A stretch of 64,000 bases of DNA from Octopus vulgaris (taxonomy: Eukaryota). The notes beneath the pieces are model-generated. The model was not told where the DNA came from and ran no database searches. It was given only the letters and a program-made list of their open reading frames with translations. Numbering within the stretch: the stretch's first letter is position 1; each line of letters starts with the position of its first letter. Positions 55,885 through 64,000 of this stretch are shown in pieces. The position numbers and the translations under genes are program-made. The stretch covers positions 81,344,001-81,408,000 of the forward strand of contig OX597823.1 in NCBI GenBank assembly GCA_951406725.2. The letters are read 5' to 3'.

Positions 55885-56595
55885 AAGAAAAAGAGGAGCT
55901 GGCATTGAGGGTCATCCAAATATAAAATTATTTGACCCGACAATCAGAAGAGTTGACTCTGTGCATCCAAGTTACTATGGATGTTTCTTTCTGAGGCTGC
56001 TTCTTCATGAGATAAAAGGACCAGCTTCCTTCTCCTTCCTAAGAATGATTGATGGTCAAACTGTTCCTACTTATAGAGAAGCTTGTTTAACCTTAAATTT
56101 GCTAGAAAATGGCAATCAGTGGGATAGAACAATGACTGAGGCTTCAGTGTTACACACACCTATTTCTTTGAGAGATCCTTTTACTATTCTTCTGAATTGT
56201 GAAGTAAGTAATCCATTAGCGCTGTGGAACAAATATAAGAATGATTTATCTGAAGACTACAAATATCAAGCACAATTAAGATTCCTTGAGAGGGAAATAG
56301 CATTCAACGATGACAGATATAATTCTGCATTGGTTGATATTGAAGATTACATTGTCTCAATGGGAGGGAAGGAGCTCAGTAAGTTTGGTTTATCTGAAAC
56401 TCATCAAAATGAGGTGAATAATTTAATCATGGAAGCTTTGTGAGAAACCTCATATGATATTGATTCATTAACAAGATTCCTTGAAGAAAATGTCCCAAAA
56501 CTTTTGCAAGACCAACTTTCATATACAACAATCATTGTCAAGTGACACATAAGGGAAGAGTATTATATTTTTTAGATGCACTAGGAGGATCTGCA
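55885..56595 (+). mobile_element. Helitron RepHel fragment (Rep-helicase linker up to Walker A)
   Basis: VHPS..CFFLRLLLHEIKGPASFSFLRMIDG..PTYREAC..LNLLE..NQW, ending IFFLDALGG (cf. FLDAPGGTGKT). Confidence 0.85.
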
Positions 56596-57482
56596 GTCAT
56601 ATTGGATTGGCTATCTACGTGTATATATATATAATATCTATCTGTGTATATTTATATATATAGCCAGATATGTCTTTGTTTATATACTCACAGTATACTG
56701 CCAATGAATGACAACTGTGAGTTGCTTAAACATGCTGTAAGCTTAATACTAAGCATCCAGCCAATCCTGGCACTGGACATGTTGATACACCCAGATTCTA
56801 ACGAATCCTGCAACTGATATATATATATATATACATCTATATATTAATATTATTTTCAGTGTTATGTATTTCTATGTATATGTGTGTGTGTACATATATG
56901 TATATATGTAATATATATGTCTGTGAATGTGCACACACTCCTACACACACACACATATGTATATCTGAGAAATATCTTATCTATACACACCCTTTTGGGG
57001 CATTTTTTTTCATTACACATAATTGGCAACATTACTGATGAATCATTATTCTCATTCTATGACACATGGATCTCTTTTGTGAGAGAACAATTTCTTAATT
57101 TTGGAACAATTTCTAAACAAACATTGACTTACAAGAAACATAACTTCTGCAAGGGGTTTGAGTCATATTTTGGATGAGATGGTAAATTCTACAACTGGAA
57201 GAATTACTGTGTTGAATATGCATATAACATAGGTCCAGGCGTGGCTGTGTGGTTAAGAAATTTGCTTCTCAAGCATGTGGTCTTGAGTTCAGTCCCACTA
57301 TGCAGCACGTTGGGCAAGCATCTTCAACTATAGCTTCAGGCCACCCAGAGCCTTGTTTGTAAATTTGGCTAATGGAAACTAAAAAAGCTTGTTGTATATA
57401 ACTGTGCATATGTGTGTGTGTGTATATATATGTATACACACACACACACACATACACACACGTGCATGCACACACACACACA

Positions 57483-58376
57483 CAAAGAGTGCGATGGGTA
57501 AATTGTCGCCATTTTATATCTTTAATTTTGCACATACATATTGTTTGTTTTTGATTTTGTCGACTACACAGTATCGTAGGGTAAGTTGAGCACCGTCTGT
57601 GAGAAAAACAGCACCACGATGCAATTTACTCTACCAGAAATTTGCAAATGACTTGCTGTGCTGCTTGGCATTTGCACTGGAAGCTCCAATACAAACATTT
57701 CACAGTGTTTGAGTGTCAATCTGAGGACATGGACTGAGAGTGATAAAAATCAAACATCCAGTCAACATCATGGTGTTGAGAGTGACCACTAGTGATGGCA
57801 ACGTTATGCCTCCATTCATCTTCCGACACAGCCTCACACTCAACACAGAGGCCTACATCATGTGCCTAGAGGCAATAGTGCTGCCCAGGGTCAAGAGGGT
57901 GGCTGGTGGAAGACACTGTGTCTGGCAACAGGACTCAGCACAATACCACACAAACAGGAGAACACAATCATGGCTCTCAGACAATTTCTGTGACAACATC
58001 ACCCCTAACATCTGGCCACCTAACTCCCCAGACTGCTATCCCCTTAATTATTATATGTGGGGTACAGTTAAATGAGAGATCAACAGAACTCCTTGTAATA
58101 CTAAAGATGAACTGAAGGCAAGGATTATGGCAGCATTCACCAACTTAAACAAGGAGACCATCCAGAAGAGTTGCAGGAGATTCTGAATCTGTCTGAAGGC
58201 CATGGTTGAAGCCAATGGTGATTTTATTGAATAAATTTACTGTTTAGTATTTCAAGATATTTTTATGTAATTTTGGTAAATATAAACGATCATGATGATA
58301 TCTGTTAAAATGGGATGTCAGTGTTATTTTCATTTTTGCTTAATTTAGATGACAGTTTATTCACCACACTCTGTAT
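57483..58376 (+). mobile_element. Internally deleted DD37D (maT-like) Tc1/mariner transposon
   Basis: WQQDSA...37 aa...WPPNSPDCYPLNYYMWG (third D mutated to N); degenerate TIRs agagtgcgatgggtaaattgtc / gacagtttattcaccacactct. Confidence 0.8.
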
Positions 58377-60049
58377 ATATGTATATTCAGAAGATACAGG
58401 TTCACATCCCATGGTTACCTTTGACTTTTTCTATCCAAAGAGTTTTTTCAACCCAATATTTACATGCTGTTATTTATAGCATTATCAAAAACTATAAATA
58501 TCAGCTAGCAGAACCATTTGCAAGCTGGGCAAAATACTTAGCAGCATTTATCTGTCTTTACATTTTAAGTTCAAATTCCACCAAGGTCAACTTTGCCTTT
58601 CATCCTTTTGAGGTTGATAAAATAAGTATCAGTCAAGTACTGGGGTCAATGTATTCAATTTACCGCTCCCCTTAAAAACTACAGGCCCTGTGCCTAAATT
58701 TGAAACTCACCCATGGAAGGTGGATGTCAAATGATGATGATGATTACGATGATTATTTATTGTTTTAAGGCAGTGAGCTGGCAGAATTGTTAGCATGCTG
58801 GACAAAATGCCACTGTACCTTCTGTCTCTATGTTCTGAGTTCAAATTCCACCAAGGTTGACTTTGCCCTTCAACCTCTTGGTGTTCATAAAATAAATATA
58901 AGTCAAATATTGGGTCAATGTAATTGACTTTCCCCTTCCCTTAAAAGCTGCTACCCCTGTGCTAAAATTTGAAACCATTATGTTTAAAAAGTGGTCAGCT
59001 GGCAAACTGGCAGAATTGCTAGCATGCCAGACAAAATACTTAATGGCATTTTGTCCATCTTTCCATTCATCATCATCATCATCATCGTTTAACGGCTGCT
59101 TTCCATGCTAGCATGGGTTGGACGGTTCGACTGGGGTTTGGGAAGCCAGGAGGCTGCACCAGGCCCAGTCTGATCTAGCAGTGTTTCTACAGCTGGATGC
59201 CCTTCCTAATGCCAACCACTCCGTGAGTGTAGTGGGTGCTTTTTACGTGCCAGGCGAGGCTGGCAACGGCCACGATAGGTTGGTGCATTTACGTGCCATC
59301 GGCACAGAGGCCAGTCGAGGCGGTGCTGGCAACGACCACATTCGGATGGTTCTTTTATGTGCCACCTGCACTGGTATCACAACTGCAATTTCCATTGATT
59401 TTTGATCGATTTCAATTTCACTTGCCTCAACAGGTCTTTGTAAGCAGAGTTCTGATTTCAAATTCCACTGAGGTTACCATTGCCTTTCATCTTTACAAGG
59501 TTAATGAAATAAATACCATAATCGACTAGCCCATCCCCATCTCCTCAAAATTTCAGACCCTTTGCCTATAGTAAAAAGGATTATTTATATCTTAATGCAC
59601 TTTGAATTCCACAGTTGAAAACGAAATAATTATTACAAATAAATTTTATCCTATTTAGTAACATGATTATTTTCAGATATTACTGAGGTATTAGAAACCA
59701 AGTTAGCTGGTATAATTTTGATAGATTTCCATAGATAAGATTAAAATCTGTATTGAAAACTGAGTTGAATGTATGTCAAATATAGATTTTTGGAATAAAG
59801 TGTCAAAATTCAACCAAATATATATCACACCTTTTGAAGAATTGTGTGTTAGAGTTTAAGACCTGTAACATCTGTAATATTGGTAGAAATTAATTGAATT
59901 GCTTTTAGATGTATAGGTATATAAAAGTAATTATTATGAAAACAGTATAAAATGTAAGTTGATTTATTTTGAGTAGGTAAGATTTTGTATGGAAGAAGAC
60001 TACAACCTATTGGAAGAATTCCCAGTATATTACCCTCTCTCTCTCTCAC

Positions 60050-61070
60050 TTTTTTACTCTTTTACTTGTTTCAGTCAGTTGACTGCAGCCATGCTGGAGC
60101 ACCACCTTTAGTTGAGCAAATCGATCCCAGGACTTATTCTTTGTAAGCCTAGTACTTATCATATTGGTCACTTTTGCCGAACCGCAAATTACGGGGACGT
60201 AAACACACCAGCATCGGTTGTCAAGCGATGTTGGGGGGACAAACACAGACACACAAACACACATACGCATATGTGTGATGGGCTTCTTTCAGTTTCCGTC
60301 TACCAAATCCACTCACAACGCTTTGGTCGGTCCAAGGCTATAGTAGAAGACACTTGCCCAAGGTGACACGCAGTGGGACTGAACCTGGAACCATGTGGTT
60401 GGTAAGTGAGCTACTCACCACACAGCCACTCCTGCGTCTATACTAGTATGTATTTTTATCAATACAGAAGGGTTGAAAAATAAATTCAGTCAGGCATATC
60501 TGTGGGTGAAGGCATGTCTGTTTGGTTAAAAAGTTTGAGTTCAGTCCCACTGCATGGCATCTTGGGCAACTGTTTTCTATTACAGTCCTGAGCTGACCAA
60601 TGCTTTTGTGATTGAATTTGGTAGATGGAAGCTGTGTGGAAAGTCATTGTGTGAGTGTGTGTGTGTGTATGTATATGGGTATGTGGGAGTGGTTGTGTAG
60701 TAAGAAGTTTACTTCCCGACCACATGGTTTTGGGTTCAGTCCCACTGTGTGACACCTTGGGCAAGTGTTTTCTACTGTAGCCTCCGAATATGAAGCCATA
60801 TGAATATGAATAGATATGGTAGATAGAAACTGAAAGAAGGCCATCATATGTGTGTGTGTGGGTCTCTATTTTGTCCCCATTACTGCTTGACAACCAGTGT
60901 AAGTGTGTTTCTGTCCCTGTAACTTAGTGGTTCAGCAAAAGAGACCAATAGAATAAATATGAGTCTTAGAAAAAAAGAAAAATACTGGGGGTTGATTCAT
61001 TCAACAAATATTATTATTCAAGGCAGTGCCCCAACATGGCCATAGTCCAACTACTGAAACAGGTCAAATA
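60050..61070. mobile_element. Cluster of S1 SINEs (60050-60439 -, 60510-60645 +, 60685-61070 +)
   Basis: Head, body and tail matches. Confidence 0.8.
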
Positions 61071-61719
61071 TAAAAAAAATAACTAATGTGTCTGTAAATA
61101 TGAAAAAAAAAACTATAAAAATGATTTGAGTACGAAAATTTCTTATCAGAAATGCTACAATCTAGTGAATGGATCCCAGTATATAACTGGTACTTATTTT
61201 GTCAATACAAAATGGTTGCAGAATAAAGTAAATCTAATTTCTTTTCACCATAAACCGAAAATAATGATTTATATTTCTGTATTTTTAATTCCAGTAAAAT
61301 ACCTTCCAAAAGAATGGGATTATTATGTCAAGAATGGTTTTCAAATCAGAAACTGTTTGAATTATTAGATATGAAGAAAGTAAAGCTACAAATCTGTGGT
61401 ATTATCTAAAAAAAAAGAAAAATATAGGACAATATGTAATATATATTCTTAGTCACAGAAAACTTGATGAAAGTGCAATTACAGAGTAGAATTTTGAAAA
61501 ATGAATACCGATGTTCAGCAAGTCTGTGTTGAGTTTGTGAAATAAAATTTGTGCTAAAATTTCATTAGAAGAGAAATGAAATTTTCATTCTCTCAATTTT
61601 TTAGGTAAGTTAAACTGTATGAGATTATACATGTATAAGTGTATGTGCATATGTATAAATATATATATATATATATATATCTGTGTGTGTATATATATAT
61701 ATATATATGTACATATATG

Positions 61720-61755
<36 letters not shown>

Positions 61756-61801
61756 TATATGTATGTATATATATATATATATATGTACATATATGTATGT
61801 A

Positions 61802-61838
<37 letters not shown>

Positions 61839-62474
61839 ATTATGTACACAGACACACACATACATATAATGTAGGTAGGTAGGGTAAAATCTGAGCCGTT
61901 TCCTCTTGAAGCATATCTGCTTATTCCATTATTACAATCCAATATGTAGATTCTGTTTGTTACTGTATATCTGCCAAGTAGATGCTAAAGTAGAAAATTC
62001 TGGAAATATTGTGTGCAGGGTTATTGTGCAACGGAACAGGAAGTTTAAAAATTAATTTTTATTATTGAAACGTAGTTAACATGTAATCATCAACATCATT
62101 ATCATCATCATCATTGTGATCATCATTTAACATCCGTTGTCCATGCTGGCATGGGTTGGACGGTTTGACCAGGGCTGGCAAGCTGGAAAGCTGCACCAGA
62201 CTCCAGTCTCAATTCTATGCATGGTTTCTACAGCTGGAATATCTTCCTAATACCAACCACTCCGAGAGTATAATGGGTGCTTTTATGTGCCACCGGCATG
62301 GGTGCCATTTGCATGATGCCAGTATCTTCCACGACTATGATTTTACTGTTCTTCTTCTCAAGCATAGCATAATGCCAAAGGTCTCAGTCATCTGTCATTA
62401 CCTCCATAAAACTCTGTAATTTCTATATTATTTATTTATATATATGTGTGTGTGTATGTGTATGTATGTATATA

Positions 62475-62782
62475 TACCAGAGTAAGCACATAAATGTGAA
62501 ATAAGGTGGAAAAATAGTACTCGAATACCAGAGGTAGAGTAATATGCTTTATTAAAAAGCAACCTAAATATCACTAAATCTGTTACTCAGGGCTTTCATG
62601 TTCCTGTTCATCAGACATATGAAAATGGACTACAAATCAGATGAAAGGAAAACAGGACATCAGAGGAATTAAATGTGGAATAAAAATTTGTCAATAATCT
62701 ATTTATCTTTCCAATGAACGGGAAGGTGAAACTCTGAGTAACAGTTTTTGTGATATTTTTGTTGCTTTTTAATAAAGCGTAT
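62475..62782 (-). mobile_element. Hammerhead-bearing inverted-arm element (family B)
   Basis: Arms 62542-62617 and 62711-62782 are inverted; consensus TGT-CTGATGA-ACG GGAA CGT-GAAA-CTC T GAG-TA-ACA; the one-sided tail resembles the family-A tail (TTACTCT..GTATT.GAGTA). Confidence 0.65.
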
Positions 62783-62837
62783 ATATATGTATATATATAT
62801 ATATATATATATACAGAGAGAGAGAGAGAGAGAGAGA

Positions 62838-63247
62838 GGCATAGGCGTGGCTGTGTGGTAAGAAACTTGCTTCCCAACCACATGATTCCAGGTTCAGTCC
62901 CACTGCGTGGCATCTTGGGCAAGTGTCTTCTATAGCTTCAGGCCAACCAAAGCTTTGTGAGTGAATTTCGTCGATGGAAACTGAAAGAAACCTGTCATAT
63001 ATGTGTATGTGTGTGTTTGTGTGTGTCTTTGTGACTGTGTTTGCCCCTCCCCCACTGTCACTGCTTGACAACTGGTATTGGTGTTTACATCCCCGTAACT
63101 TAGTGGTTCAGCAAAAAGAGTCTGATGGAATTAGTACTAGGCTTTAAAAAAGAAGTCCTGGGGTCAATTTGTTTGACTAAAACTCTTTGAGGTGGTACTC
63201 CAGCTTGGCCGCAGTCTAATGACTGAAACAAGTTATAGATTAAAAGA
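62838..63247 (+). mobile_element. SINE family S1
   Basis: Full-length match. Confidence 0.85.
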
Positions 63248-63529
63248 ATATATATATAAGCACATATATTTTTGTTGAGTGGCAAAAGCAGTATTAGTTC
63301 AAAATAACAATCTGTGCATCATACTTAAAACAGATACATCATTGAAAACCTGATAAATTGAGGTATTTTTCTCAAGATAGCATTTCTTTTTGAAGTATAG
63401 TGTTAAAAACCACAGAAATAGCTCATATTTTTCTGTGATAGTTGCAAAGAAGTATTTAGCAGTTTGGATACGTTAAATGAATTCTTTCAAATGCTTGCAT
63501 ATCTCTATAGAAATGGTTGGTGATTTCTC

Positions 63530-63865
63530 TTACACCTTGGTGAGCTGATTGTCAGTATTAGTAAGAACTCTGAAAGTATAGTAACATGAGTGAGAGGTGA
63601 ATGGATAAAGTTTAACTAGGGCTCTGCAAGAAACAATGGGATTCCCTTGCTGAGTGAAGGATAGATTACATGAAGCTTGTGTTGGAAGTGTAGCAATGCT
63701 GGTTGGTAGCAAAACAGGGCCATTGAATGAGGAGAGTATATGAAGAGCAGAAGGAAATGTGCAGATGCACCATTGGATGTGTAAGGTTAGCATGCATAAG
63801 AAAACGGACTACAAATCAGCTGAAGGAAAACAGGACCATCAGAGGAATTAAATGTGGAATAGAAA
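63530..63865 (+). mobile_element. Decayed RTE-clade LINE fragment
   Basis: VKDRLHEACVGSVAML..MRRV..QLKE..IRGIKCG, homologous to 33672-33868. Confidence 0.55.
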
Positions 63866-64000
63866 TTTGTCAATGTTCTGTTTATCTTTTGGTTGGCATT
63901 CTTTTATAGATGGTATTTTAGCTTTATCTTTTACATGTTTTAGTCATTAGACTTGTGCCATGCTGGGGCACCACCTTGAGAAATTTTAGTCGAAGAAAAC

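Overview
AT-rich, repeat-saturated eukaryotic (metazoan) non-coding DNA. The SINE families and very long (TA)n/(CA)n/(CAT)n tracts look like a coleoid cephalopod (Octopus-like) genome; this is an inference from recalled repeat families, not a database result. Nearly all ORFs in the track are microsatellite artefacts. Recognisable content: a near-intact CR1/L2-group LINE (25501-28870; ORF1 remnant with a CCCH-like finger, ORF2 APE-RT with one late frameshift) inside a ~8.6 kb (TA)n domain, plus two further fragments of that LINE type. Also remnants of mariner, DD37D, Helitron, Penelope-like (PLE), RTE and R4/Dong elements, dozens of SINE copies from about four families, and a SINE-free CpG-richer region (~43-45.9 kb) that may be a host promoter/first exon. 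The most interesting signals, not visible in the ORF track, are three. (1) At least three families of short non-coding elements carry type I hammerhead-ribozyme folds, are arranged as inverted arms and sit in (TA)n, including a 130-bp palindrome with a hammerhead on each strand. (2) Copies of neighbouring genomic DNA are repeatedly found between such inverted arms or in TA tracts. (3) A 3' tail hairpin with compensatory base changes is shared by the LINE and the dominant CORE-type SINE.
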